Of a DNA stretch of 64,000 nt, positions 1 to 14,400 are shown one piece after another. Position numbers and translations under genes: made by a program. The DNA comes from the human T2T-CHM13v2.0 reference genome, Homo sapiens. The stretch lies in NCBI RefSeq assembly GCF_009914755.1, contig NC_060925.1; one strand, 5' to 3'. Within the stretch, counting starts at the first letter, position 1. The number at the start of each line of letters is the position of its first letter. The notes under the pieces are model-generated. The model was given only the letters and a program-made list of their open reading frames with translations, was not told the origin of the DNA and ran no database searches.

Positions 1-460
1 GGAGTCATCATCTAATGGAATTGCATGGAATCATCATAAAATGGAATCGAATGGAATCAACATCAAATGGAATCAAATGGAATCATTGAACGTAATTGAA
101 TGGAATCGTCATCGAATGAATTGAATGCAATCATCGAATGGTCTCGAATGGAATCATCTTCAAATGGAATGGAATGGAATCATCGCATAGAATCGAATGG
201 AATTATCATCGAATGGAATCGAATCGAATCCACATCAAACGGAAAAAAACGGAATTATCTAATGGAATCGAAGAGAATCATCGAATGGACCCGAATGGAA
301 TCATCTAATGGAATGGAATGGAATAATCCATGGACTCGAATGCAATCATCATCGAATGGAATCGAATGGAATCATCGAATGGACTCGAATGGAATAATCA
401 TTGAACGGAATCGAATGGAATCATCATCGGATGGAAATGAATGGAATCATCATCGAATGG

Positions 461-1300
461 AATCGAATAGAATTATGGAATGAAATCCAGTGTGATCATC
501 ATCGAATGGACCCGAATGGAATCATCATACAACGGAAGCTAATGGAATCAACATCGAATGAATCAAATGGAAACACCATCGAATTGAAACGAATGGAATT
601 ACCATGAAATTGAAATGGATGGACTCATCATCGAATGGATTCGAATGGAATCATCGAATAAAATTGATTGAAATCATCATCGAATGGAATCGAATGGTAT
701 CATTGAATGGAAACGAATGGAATCATCATCAGATGGAAATGAATGGAATCGTCATAGAATGGAATCGAATGGATTCATTGAATGGAATCAGATGGAATCA
801 TCGAATGGACTGCAATGGAATCATTGAATGGACTCGAAAGGGATCATGATTGAATGGAATTGAATGGAATCATCGAATGGTCTCGATTGGAATCATTATC
901 AAATGGAATCGAATGGAATCACCGAATAGAATCGAATGGAGCAATCATCGAATGGACTCAAATGGAATTATCCTCAAATGGAATCGAATGGAATTATCGA
1001 ATGAAATCGAATGGAATTATCGAATGCAATCGAATAGAATCATCGAATGGACTCAAATGGAATCATCGAATGGAATGGAATGGAACAGTCAATGAACTCG
1101 AATGGAATCATCATTGAATGGAATCGAATGGAATCATCGAGTGGAATCGAATGGAATTATGATCAAATGGAATCGAATGTAATCATCATCAAATGGAATC
1201 AAAAATAAACATCATCAATTGGTATTGAATGGAATTGTCATCAAATGGAATTCAAAGGAATCATCATCAAATGGAACCGAATGGAATCCTCATTGAATGG
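461..1300. repeat. 840-bp core block (first of 31 full copies; starts at about 461, 1768, 3076, 4852, 6628, 8414, 10674, 12912, 15152, 17395, 19635, 21411, 23197, 25435, 28323, 30564, 34758, 36534, 37842, 40037, 41810, 44051, 47780, 49556, 50864, 53059, 54835, 56611, 58361, 60137, 62382)
   Basis: Runs from AATCGAATAGAATTATGGAATGAAATCCAGTGTG to GGAATCCTCATTGAATGG. It contains one-per-unit landmarks: ATCCAGTGTG, AACGGAAGCT, AAATTGATTGAA, GAACAGTCAATGAAC and GGAATTCAAAGG. Confidence 0.92.
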
Positions 1301-3075
1301 AAATGAAAGGGGTCATCATCTAATGGAATCGCATGGAATCATCATCAAATGGAATCGAATGGAATCATCATCAAATGGAATCTAATGGAATCATTGAAAA
1401 GAATTGAATGGATCGTCATCGAATGAATTGAATGCAATCATCGAATGGTCTCGAATGGAATCATCTTCTAATGGAATGGAATGGAATCATCGCATAGAAT
1501 CGAATGCAATTATCATCGAATGGAATCGAATGGTATCAACACCAAACGGAAAAAAACGGAATTATCGAATGGAATCGAAGAGAATCTTCGAACGGACCCG
1601 AATGGAATCATCTAATGGAATGGAATGGAATAATCCATGGACTCGAATGCAATCATCATCGAATGGAATCGAATGGAATCATCGAATGGACTCGAATGGA
1701 ATAATCATTGAACGGAATCGAATGGAATCATCATCGGATGGAAATGAATGGAATCATCATCGAATGGAATCGAATAGAATTATGGAATGAAATCCAGTGT
1801 GATCATCATCGAATGGACCCGAATGGAATCATCATACAACGGAAGCTAATGGAATCAACATCGAATGAATCAAATGGAAACACCATCGAATTGAAACGAA
1901 TGGAATTATCATGAAATTGAAATGGATGGACTCATCATCGAATGGATTCGAATGGAATCATCGAATAAAATTGATTGAAATCATCATCAAATGGAATCGA
2001 ATGGTATCATTGAATGGAATCGAATGGAATCATCATCAGATGGAAATGAATGGAATCGTCATAGAATGGAATCGAATGGATTCATTGAATGGAATCAGAT
2101 GGAATCATCGAATGGACTGGAATGGAATCATTGAATGGACTCGAAAGGATTCATTATTGAATGCAATTGAATGGAATCATCGAATGGTCTCGATTGGAAT
2201 CATTATCAAATGGAATCGAATGGAATCACCGAATAGAATCGAATGGAACAATCATCGAATGGACTCAAATGGAATTATCCTCAAATGGAATCGAATGGAA
2301 TTATCGAATGCAATCGAATGGAATTATCGAATGCAATCGAATAGAATCATCGAATGGACTCGAATGGAATCATCGAATGGAATGGAATGGAACAGTCAAT
2401 GAACTCGAATGGAATCATCATTGAATGGAATCGAATGGAATTATCGAGTGGAATCGAATGGAATTATGATCAAATGGAATCGAATGTAATCATCATCAAA
2501 TGGAATCAAAAATAACCATCATCAATTGGTATTGAATGGAATTGTCATCAAATGGAATTCAAAGGAATCATCATCAAATGGAACCGAATGGAATCCTCAT
2601 TGAATGGAAATGAAAGGGGTCATCATCTAATGGAATCGCATGGAATCATCATCAAATGGAATCGAATGGAATCATCATCAAATGGAATCTAATGGAATCA
2701 TTGAAAAGAATTGAATGGAATCGTCATCGAATGAATTGAATGCAATCATCGAATGGTCTCGAATGGAATCATCTTCTAATGGAAAGGAATGGAATCATCG
2801 AATAGAATCGAATGGAATTATCATCGAATGGAATCGAATGGTATCAACACCAAACGGAAAAAAACGGAATTATCGAATGGAATCAAAGAGAATCTTTGAA
2901 CGGACCCGAATGGAATCATCTAATGGAATGGAATGGAATAATCCATGGACTCGAATGCAATCATCATCGAATGGAATCGAATGGAATCATCGAATGGACT
3001 CGAATGGAATAATCATTGAACGGAATCGAATGGAATCATCATCGGATGGAAATGAATGGAATCATCATCGAATGG
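461..3075. repeat. Two tandem short units of 1,307 and 1,308 bp (core + 1 module)
   Basis: Landmark spacing is 604, 1911, 3219, with only one CAAACGGAAAAAAACGG module between cores. The 1,307-bp unit has a 1-bp deletion near 1411 (GAATGGATCGTC). Confidence 0.9.
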
Positions 3076-4851
3076 AATCGAATAGAATTATGGAATGAAA
3101 TCCAGTGTGATCATCATCGAATGGACCCGAATGGAATCATCATACAACGGAAGCTAATGGAATCAACATCGAATGAATCAAATGGAAACACCATCGAATT
3201 GAAACGAATGGAATTATCATGAAATTGAAATGGATGGACTCATCATCGAATGGATTCGAATGGAATCATCGAATAAAATTGATTGAAATCATCATCGAAT
3301 GGAATCGAATGGTATCATTGAATGGAATCGAATGGAATCATCATCAGATGGAAATTAATGGAATCGTCATAGAATGGAATCGAATGGATTCATTGAATGG
3401 AATCAGATGGAATCATCGAATGGACTGGAATGGAATCATTGAATGGACTCGAAAGGGATCATTATTGAATGGAATTGAATGGAATCATCGAATGGTCTCG
3501 ATTGGAATCATTATCAAATGGAATCGAATGGAATCACCGAATAGAATCGAATGGAACAATCATCGAATGGACTCAAATGGAATTATCCTCAAATGGAATC
3601 GAATGGAATTATCGAATGCAATCGAATGGAATTATCGAATGCAATCGAATAGAATCATCGAATGGACTCGAATGGAATCATCGAATGGAATGGAATGGAA
3701 CAGTCAATGAACTCGAATGGAATCATCATTGAATGGAAACGAATGGAATCATCGAGTGGAATCGAATGGAATTATGATCAAATGGAATCGAATGTAATCA
3801 TCATCAAATGGAATCAAAAATAACCATCATCAATTGGTATTGAATGGAATTGTCATCAAATGGAATTCAAAGGAATCATCATCAAATGGAACCGAATGGA
3901 ATCCTCATTGAATGGAAATGAAAGGGGTCATCATCTAATGGAATCGCATGGAATCATCATCAAATGGAATCGAATGGAATCATCATCAAATGGAATCTAA
4001 TGGAATCATTGAACAGAATTGAATGGAATCGTCATCGAATGAATTGAATGCAATCATCGAATGGTCTCGAATGGAATCATCTTCTAATGGAAAGGAATGG
4101 AATCATCGCATAGAATCGAATGGAATTATCATCGAATGGAATCGAATGGTATCAATATCAAACGGAAAAAAACGGAATTATCGAATGGAATCGAAGAGAA
4201 TCTTCGAACGGACCCGAATGGAATCATCTAATGGAATGGAATAGAATAATCCATGGACTCGAATGCAATCATCATCAAATGGAATCGAATGGAATCATCG
4301 AATGGACTCGAATGGAATAATCATTGAACGGAATCGAATGGAATCATCATCGGATGGAAACGAATGCAATCATCATCGAATGGAAATGAAAGGAGTCATC
4401 ATCTAATGGAATTGCATGGAATCATCATAAAATGGAATCGAATGGAATCAACATCAAATGGAATCAAATGGAATCATTGAACGGAATTGAATGGAATCGT
4501 CATCGAATGAATTTACTGCAATCATCGAATGGTCTCGAATGGAATCATCTTCAAATGGAATGGAATGGAATCATCGCATAGAATCGAATGGAATTATCAT
4601 CGAATGGAATCGAATGGAATCAACATCAAACGGAAAAAAACGGAATTATCGAATGGAATCGAAGAGAATCATCGAATGGACCCGAATGGAATCATCTAAT
4701 GGAATGGAATGGAATAATCCATGTACTCGAATGCAATCATCATCGAATGGAATCGAATGAAATCATCGAATGGACTCGAATGGAATAATCATTGAACGGA
4801 ATCGAATGGAATCATCATCGGATGGAAATGAATGGAATAATCATCGAATGG
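3076..4851. repeat. Representative canonical 1,776-bp higher-order unit (840-bp core + 2 x 468-bp module), chr1q12 HSat2A / D1Z1 (pUC1.77)-like
   Basis: The landmark ATGAAA(T/G)TGAAATGGATGGACTC recurs 31 times (604, 1911, 3219, 4995, 6771 ... 62525). Eight of the 30 spacings are exactly 1,776 bp and four more are 1,750-1,786 bp. Each core carries one EcoRI site (GAATTC, e.g. 1248-1253), matching the known 1.77-kb EcoRI satellite fragment of chromosome 1. The chromosome assignment is inference. Confidence 0.8.
4384..4851. repeat. 468-bp module (representative copy; 1-5 tandem copies lie between cores)
   Basis: Starts AAATGAAAGG(A/G)GTCATCATCTAATGG and contains GAATGAATTGAATGC, CGCATAGAATC, CAAACGGAAAAAAACGG and GAAGAGAATC. 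Successive MESSSNELN pseudo-ORF starts are 468 bp apart (4023/4491, 9361/9829, 16099/16567/17035, 61084/61552/62020). Confidence 0.92.
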
Positions 4852-7800
4852 AATCGAATAGAATTATGGAATGAAATCCAGTGTGATCATCATCGAATGG
4901 ACCCGAATGGAATCATCATCCAACGGAAGCTAATGGAATCAACATCGAATGAATCAAATGGAAACACCATCGAATTGAAAAGAATGGAATTATCATGAAA
5001 TTGAAATGGATGGACTCATCATCGAATGGATTCGAATGGAATCATCGAATAAAATTGATTGAAATCATCATCGAATGGAATCGAATGGTATCATTGAATG
5101 GAATCGAATGGAATCATCATCAGATGGAAATGAATGGAATCGTCATAGAATGGAATCGAATGGATTCATTGAATGGAATCAGATGGAATCATCGAATGGA
5201 CTGGAATGGAATCATTGAATGGACTCGAAAGGGATCATTGTTGAATGGAATTGAATGGAATCATCGAATGGTCTCGATTGGAATCATTATCAAATGGAAT
5301 CGAATGGAATCACCGAATAGAATTAAATGGAACAATCATCGAATGGACTCAAATGGAATTATCCTCCAATGGAATCGAATGGAATTATCGAATGCAATCG
5401 AATGGAATTATCGAATGCAATCGAATAGAATCATCGAATGGACTCGAATGGAATCATCGAATGGAATGGAATGGAACAGTCAATGAACTCGAATGGAATC
5501 ATCATTGAATGGAATCGAATAGAATCATCGAGTGGAATCGAATGGAATTATGATCAAATGGAATCGAATGTAATCATCATCCAATGGAATCAAAAATAAC
5601 CATCATCAATTGGTATTGAATGGAATTGTCATCAAATGGAATTCAAAGGAATCATCATCAAATGGAACCGAATGGAATCCTCATTGAATGGAAATGAAAG
5701 GGGTCATCATCTAATGGAATCGCATGGAATCATCATCAAATGGAATCGAATGGAATCATCATCAAATGGAATCTAATGGAATCATTGAAAAGAATTGAAT
5801 GGAATCGTCATCGAATGAATTGAATGCAATCATCGAATGGTCTCGAATGGAATCATCTTCTAATGGAAAGGAATGGAATCATCGCATAGAATCGAATGGA
5901 ATTAACATTGAATGGACTCGAATGGAATCCACATCAAACGGAATCAAGCGGAATTATCGAATGGAATCGAAGAGAATCATCGAATGGACTCGAATGGAAT
6001 CATCTAAAGGAATGGAATGGAATAATCCACGGACTCGAATGCAATCATCATCGTATAGAATCGAATGGAATCATTGAATGGACTCGAATGGAATAATCAT
6101 TGAACGGAATCAAATGGAATCATCATCGGATGGAAACGAATGGAATCATCATCGAATGGAAAAGAAAAGAGTCATCATCTAATGGAATTGCATGGAATCA
6201 TCATAAAATGGAATCGAATGGAATCAACATCAAATGGAATCAAATGGAATCATTGAACGGAATTAAATGGAATCGTCATCGAATGAATTGAATGCAATCA
6301 TCGAATGGTCTCGAATGGAATCATCTTCTAATGGAAAGTAATGGAATCATCGCATAGAATCGAATGGAATTAAAATTGAATGGACTCGAATGGAATCAAC
6401 ATCAAACGGAAAAAAACGGAAATATCGAATGGAATCGAAGAGAATCATCGAATGGACCCGAATGGAATCATCTAATGGAATGGAATGGAATAATCCATGG
6501 ACTCGAATGCAATCATCATCGAATGGAATCGAATGGAATCATCGAATGGACTCGAATGGAATAATCATAGAACGGAATCGAATGGAATCATCATCGGATG
6601 GAAATGAATGGAATCATCATCGAATGGAATCGAATAGAATTATGGAATGAAATCCAGTGTGATCATCATCGAATGCACCCGAATGGAATCATCATCCAAC
6701 GGAATCTAATGGAAACAACATCGAATGAATCGAATGGAAACACCATCGAATTGAAACGAGTGGAATTATCATGAAATTGAAATGGATGGACTCATCATCG
6801 AATGGATTCGAATGGAATCATCGAATAAAATTGATTGAAATCATCATCAAATGGAATCGAATGGTATCATTGAATGGAATCGAATGGAATCATCATCAGA
6901 TGGAAATGAATGGAATCGTCATAGAATGGAATCGAATGGATTCATTGAATGGAATCAGATGGAATCATCGAATGGACTGGAATGGAATCATTGAATGGAC
7001 TCGAGAGGGATCATTATTGAATGGAATTGAATGGAATCATGGAATGGTCTCGATTGGAATCATTATCAAATGGAATCGAATGGAATCACCGAATAGAATC
7101 GAATGGAACAATCATCGAATGGACTCCAATGGAATTATCCTCAAATGGAATCGAATGGAATTATCGAATGCAATCGAATGGAATTATCGAATGCAATCGA
7201 ATAGAATCATCGAATGGACTCGAATGGAATCATCGAATGGAATGGAATGGAACAGTCAATGAACTCGAATGGAATCATCATTGAATGGAATCGAATGGAA
7301 TCATCGAGTGGAATCGAATGGAATTATGATCAAATGGAATCGAATGTAATCATCATCAAATGGAATCAAAGATAACCATCATCAATTGGTATTGAATGGA
7401 ATTGTCATCAAATGGAATTCAAAGGAATCATCACCAAATGGAACCGAAAGGAATCCTCATTGAATGGAAATGAAAGGGGTCATCATCTAATGGAATCGCA
7501 TGGAATCATCATCAAATGGAATCGAATGGAATCATCATCAGATGGAATCTAATGGAATCATTGAACAGAATTGAATGGAATCGTCATCGAATGAATTGAA
7601 TGCAATCATCAAATGGTCTCGAATGGAATCATCTTCTAATGGAAAGGAATGGAATCATCGCATAGAATCGAATGGAATTAACATTGAATGGACTCGAATG
7701 GAATCAACATCAAACGGAATCAAGCGGAATTATCGAATGGAATCGAAGAGAATCATCGAATGGACTCGAATGGAATCATCTAATGGAATGGAATGGAATA

Positions 7801-8413
7801 ATCCACGGACTCGAATGCAACCACCATCGTATAGAATCGAATGGAAACATCAAATGGAATCATCGAATGGACTCGAATGGAATAATCATTGAACGGAATC
7901 GAATGGAATCATCATCGGATGGAAACGAATGGAATCATCATCGAATGGAAATGAAAGGAGTCATCTAATGGAATTGCATGGAATCATCATCAAATGGAAT
8001 CGAATGGAATCAACATCAAATGGAATCAAATGGAATCATTGAACGGAATTGAATGGAATCGTCATCTAATGAATTGAATGCAATCATCGAATGGTCTCGA
8101 ATGGAATCATCTTCAAATGGAATGGAATGGAATCATCGCATAGAATCGAATGTAATTATCATCGAATGGAATCGAATGGAATCAACATCAAACGGAAAAA
8201 AACGGAATTATCGAATGGAATCGAAGAGAATCATCGAATGGACCCGAATGGAATCATCTAATGGAAAGGAATGGAATAATCCATGGACTCGAATGCAATC
8301 ATCATCGAATGGAATCGAATGGAATCATCGAATGGACTCGAATGGAATAATCATTGAACGGAATCGAATGGAATCATCATCGGATGGAAATGAATGGAAT
8401 CATCATCGAATGG

Positions 8414-11400
8414 AATCGAATAGAATTATGGAATGAAATCCAGTGTGATCATCATCGAATGGACCCGAATGGAATCATCATCCAACGGAAGCTAATGGAA
8501 TCAACATCGAATGAATCGAATGGAAACACCATCGAATTGAAACGAATGGAATTATCATGAAATTGAAATGGATGGACTCATCATCGAATGGATTCGAATG
8601 GAATCATCGAATAAAATTGATTGAAATCATCATCAAATTGAATCGAATGGTATCATTGAATGGAATCAAATGGAATCATCATCAGATGGAAAAGAATGGA
8701 ATCGTCATAGAATGGAATCGAATGGATTCATTGAATGGAATCAGATGGAATCATCGAATGGACTGGAATGGAATCATTGAATGGACTCGAAAGGGATCAT
8801 GATTGAATGGAATTGAATGGAATCATTGAATGGTCTCGATTGGAATCATTATCAAATGGAATCGAATGGAATCACCGAATAGAATCGAATGGAACAATCA
8901 TCGAATGGACTCAAATGGAATTATCCTCAAATGGAATCGAATGGAATTATCGAATGCAATCGAATGGAATTATCGAATGCAATCGAATAGAATCATCGAA
9001 TGGACTCGAATGGAATCATCGAATGGAATGGAATGGAACAGTCAATGAACTCGAATGGAATCATCATTGAATGGAATCGAATGGAATCATCGAGTGGAAT
9101 CGAATGAAATCATGATCAAATGGAATCGAATGTAATCATCATCAAATGGAATCAAAAATAACCATCATCAATTGATATTCAATGGAATTGTCATCAAATG
9201 GAATTCAAAGGTATCATCATCAAATGGAACCGAATGGAATCCTCATTGAATGGAAATGAAAGGGGTCATCATCTAATGGAATCGCATGGAATCATCATCA
9301 AATGGAATCGAATGGAATCATCATCAAATGGAATCTAATGGAATCATTGAACAGAATTGAATGGAATGGTCATCGAATGAATTGAATGCAATCATCGAAT
9401 GGTCTCGAATGGAATCATCTTCTAATGGAAAGGAATGGAATCATCGCATAGAATCGAATGGAATTAACATTGAATGGACTCGAATGGAATCAACATCAAA
9501 CGGAATCAAGCGGAATTATCGAATGGAATCGAAGAGAATCATCGAATGGACTCGAATGGAATCATCTAATGGAATGGAATGGAATAATCCACGGACTCGA
9601 ATGCAATCATCATCGTATAGAATCGAATGGAATCATCGAATGGACTCGAATGGAATAATCATTGAACGGAATCGAATGGAATCATCATCGGATGGAAACG
9701 AATGGAATCATCATCGAATGGAAATGAAAGGAGTCATCATCTAATGGAATTGCATGGAATCATCATAAAATGGAATCGAATGGAATCAACATCAAATGGA
9801 ATCAAATGGAATCATTGAACGGAATTGAATGGAATCGTCATCGAATGAATTGAATGCAATCATCGAATGGTCTCGAATGGAATCATCTTCAAATGGAATG
9901 GAATGGAATCATCGCATAGAATCGAATGGAATTATCATCGAATGGAATTATCATCGAATGGAATCGAATGGAATCAACATCAAACGGAAAAAACCGGAAT
10001 TATCGTATGGAATCGAAGAGAATCATCGAATGGACTCGAATGGAATCATCTAATGGAATGGAATGGAATAATCCATGGACTCGAATGCAATCATCATCGT
10101 ATAAAATCGAATGGAATCATCGAATGGACTCGAATGGAATAATCATTGAACGGAATCGAATGGAATCATCATCGGATGGAAACGAATGGAATCATCATCG
10201 AATGGAAATGAAAGGAGTCATCATCTAATGGAATTGCATGGAATCATCATAAAATGGAATCGAATGGAATCAACATCAAATGGAATCAAATGGAATCATT
10301 GAACGGAATTGAATGGAATCTTCATCGAATGAATTGAATGCAATCATCGAATGGTCTCGAATGGAATCATCTTCAAATGGAATGGAATGGAATCATCGCA
10401 TAGAATCGAATGGAATTATCATCGAATGGAATCGAATGGAATCAACATCAAACGGAAAAAAACGGAATTATCGAATGGAATCGAAGAGAATCATCGAATG
10501 GACCCGAATGGAATCATCTAATGGAATGGAATGGAATAATCCATGGACTCGAATGCAATCATCATCGAATGGAATCGAATGGAATCATCGAATGGACTCG
10601 AATGGAATAATCATTGAACGGAATCGAATGGAATCATCATCGGATGGAAATGAATGGAATCATCATCGAATGGAATCGAATAGGATTATGGAATGAAATC
10701 CAGTGTGATCATCATCGAATGGATCCGAATGGAATCATCATCCAACGGAAGCTAATGGAATCAACATCGAATGAATCAAATGGAAACACCATCGAATTGA
10801 AACGAATGCAATTATCATGAAATTGAAATGGATGGACTCATCATCGAATGGATTCGAATGGAATCATCGAATAAAATTGATTGAAATCATCATCAAATTG
10901 AATCGAATGGTATCATTGAATGGAATCAAATGGAATCATCATCAGATGGAAAAGAATGGAATCGTCATAGAATGGAATCGAATGGATTCATTGAATGGAA
11001 TCAGATGGAATCATCGAATGGACTGGAATGGAATCATTGAATGGACTCGAAAGGGATCATGATTGAATGGAATTGAATGGAATCATCGAATGGTCTCGAT
11101 TGGAATCATTATCAAATGGAATCGAATGGAATCACCGAATAGAATCGAATGGAACAATCATCGAATGGACTCAAATGGAATTATCCTCAAATGGAATCGA
11201 ATGGAATTATCGAATGCAATCGAATGGAATTATCGAATGCAATCGAATAGAATCATCGAATGGACTCGAATGGAATCATCGAATGGAATGGAATGGAACA
11301 GTCAATGAACTCGAATGGAATCATCATTGAATGGAATCGAATGGAATCATCGAGTGGAATCGAATGGAATTATGATCAAATGGAATCGAATGTAATCATC

Positions 11401-14400
11401 AAATGGAATCAAAAATAACCATCATCAATTGGTATTGAATGGAATTGTCATCAAATGGAATTCAAAGGAATCATCATCAAATGGAACCGAAAGGAATCCT
11501 CATTGAATGGAAATGAAAGGGGTCATCATCTAATGGAATCACATGGAATCATCATCAAATGGAATCGAATGGAATCATCATCAAATGGAATCTAATGGAA
11601 TCATTGAACAGAATTGAATGGAATCGTCATCGAATGAATTGAATACAATCATCGAATGGTCTCGAATGGAATCATCTTCTAATGGAAAGGAATGGAATCA
11701 TCGCATAGAATCGAATGGAATTAACATTGAATGGACTCGAATGGAATCAACATCAAACGGAATCAAGCGGAATTATCGAATGTAATCGAAGAGAACCATC
11801 GAATGGACTCGAATGGAATCATCTAATGGAATGGAATGGAATAATCCACGGACTCGAATGCAATCATCATCGTATAGAATCGAATGGAATCATTGAATGG
11901 ACTCGAATGGAATCATCATTGAACAGAATCGAATGGAATCATCATCGGATGGAAACGAATGGAATTATCATCGAATGGAAATGAAAGGAGTCATCATCTA
12001 ATGGAATCGCATGGAATCATCATAAAATGGAATCGAATGGAATCAACATCAAATGGAATCAAATGGAATCATTGAACGGAATTGAATGGAATTGTCATCG
12101 AATGAATTGAATGCAATCATCGAATGGTCTCGAATGAAATCATCTTCAAATGGAATGGAATGGAATCATCGCATAGAATCGAATGGAATTATCATCGAAT
12201 GGAATCGAAAGGTATCAACATCAAACGGAAAAAAACGGAATTATCGAATGGAATCGAAGAGAATCATCGAACGGACCCGAATGGAATCATCTAATGGAAA
12301 GGAATGGAATAATCCATGGACTCGAATCCAATCATCATCGAATGGAATCGAATGGAATCATTGAAAGGACTCTAATGGAATAATCATTGAACGGAATCGA
12401 ATGGAATCATCATCGAATGGAAACTAATGGAATCATCATCGAATGGAAATGAAAGGAGTCATCTAATGGAATTGCACGGAATCAACATAAAATGGAATCG
12501 AATGGAATCAACATCAAATGGAATGAAATGGAATCATTGAACGGAATTGAATGGAATCTTCATCGAATGAATTGAATGCAATCATCGAATGGTCTCGAAT
12601 GGAATCATCTTCAAATGGAATGGAATGGAATCATCGCATAGAATCGAATGGAATTATCATCGAATGGAATCGAATGGAATCAACATCAAACGGAAAAAAA
12701 CGGAATTATCGAATGGAATCGAAGAGAATCATCGAACGGACCCGAATGGAATCATCTAATGGAATGGAATGGAATAATCCATGGACTCGAATGCAATCAT
12801 CATCGAATGGAATGGAATGGAATCATCGAATGGACTCGAATGGAATAATCATTGAACGGAATCGAATGGAATCATCATCGGATGGAAATGAATGGAATCA
12901 TCATCGAATGGAATCGAATAGAATTATGGAATGAAATCCAGTGTCATCATCTTCGAATGGACCCGAATGGAATCATCATCCAACGGCAGCTAATGGAATC
13001 AACATCGAATGAATCGAATGGAAACACCATCGAATTGAAACGAATGGAATTATCATGAAATTGAAATGGATGGACTCATCATCGAATGGATTCGAATGGA
13101 ATCATCGAATAAAATTGATTGAAATCATCAACAAATGGAATCGAATGGTATCATTGAAGGGAATCGAATGGAATCATCATCAGATGGAAATGAATGGAAT
13201 CGTCATAGAATGGAATCGAATGGATTCATTGAATGGAATCAGATGGAATCATCGAATGGACTGGAATGGAATCATTGAATGGACTCGAAAGGATTCATTA
13301 TTGAATGCAATTGAATGGAATCATCGAATGGTCTCGATTGGAATCATTATCAAATGGAATCGAATGGAATCACAGAATAGAATCGAATGGAACAATCATC
13401 GAATGGACTCAAATGGAATTATCCTCAAATGGAATCGAATGGAAATATCGAATGTAATCGAATGGAATTATCGAATGCAATCGAATAGAATCATCGAATG
13501 GACTCGAATGGAATCATCGAATGGAATGGAATGGAACAGTCAATGAACTCGAATGGAATCATCATTGAATGGAATCGAATGGAATCATCGAGTGGAATCG
13601 AATGGAATTATGATCAAATGGAATCGAATGTAATCATCATCAAATGGAATCAAAAATAACCATCATCAATTGGTATTGAATGGAATTGTCATCAAATGGA
13701 ATTCAAAGGAATCATCATCAAATGGAACCGAATGGAATCCTCATTGAATGGAAATGAAAGGGGTCATCATCTAATGGAATCGCATGGAATCATCATCAAA
13801 TGGAATCGAATGGAATCATCATCAAATGGAATCTAATGGAATCATTGAACAGAATTGAATGGAATCGTCATCGAATGAATTGAATGCAATCATCGAATGG
13901 TCTCGAATGGAATCATCTTCTAATGGAAAGGAATGGAATCACCGCATAGAATCGAATGGAATTAACATTGAATGGACTCGAATGGAATCCACATCAAACG
14001 GAATCAAGCGGAATTATCGAATGGAATCGAAGAGAATCATCGAATGGACTCGAATGGAATCATCTAATGGAATGGAATGGAATAATCCACGGACTCGAAT
14101 GCAATCATCATCGTATAGAATCGAATGGAATCATTGAATGGACTCGAATGGAAAAATCATTGAACGGAATCAAATGGAATCATCATCGGATGGAAACGAA
14201 TGGAATCATCATCGAATGGAAAAGAAAAGAGTCATCATCTAATGGAATTGCATGGAATCATCATAAAATGGAATCGAATGGAATCAACATCAAATGGAAT
14301 CAAATGGAATCATTGAACGGAATTAAATGGAATCGTCATCGAATGAATTGAATGCAATCATCGAATGGTCTCGAATAGAATCATCTTCTAATGGAAAGTA

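Noticed and set aside
660-680. DUX4-like site TGATTGAAATCA once per core
   Set aside because: It matches only part of the TGATTRRRTTA consensus (two mismatches in the last three bases), so it cannot be called without ChIP or PWM data.
1582-1592. Heat-shock element from abundant nGAAn
   Set aside because: The GAA pentamers are head-to-tail. At best a two-unit GAAnnTTC occurs (GAATCTTC), not the three alternating units of a canonical HSE.
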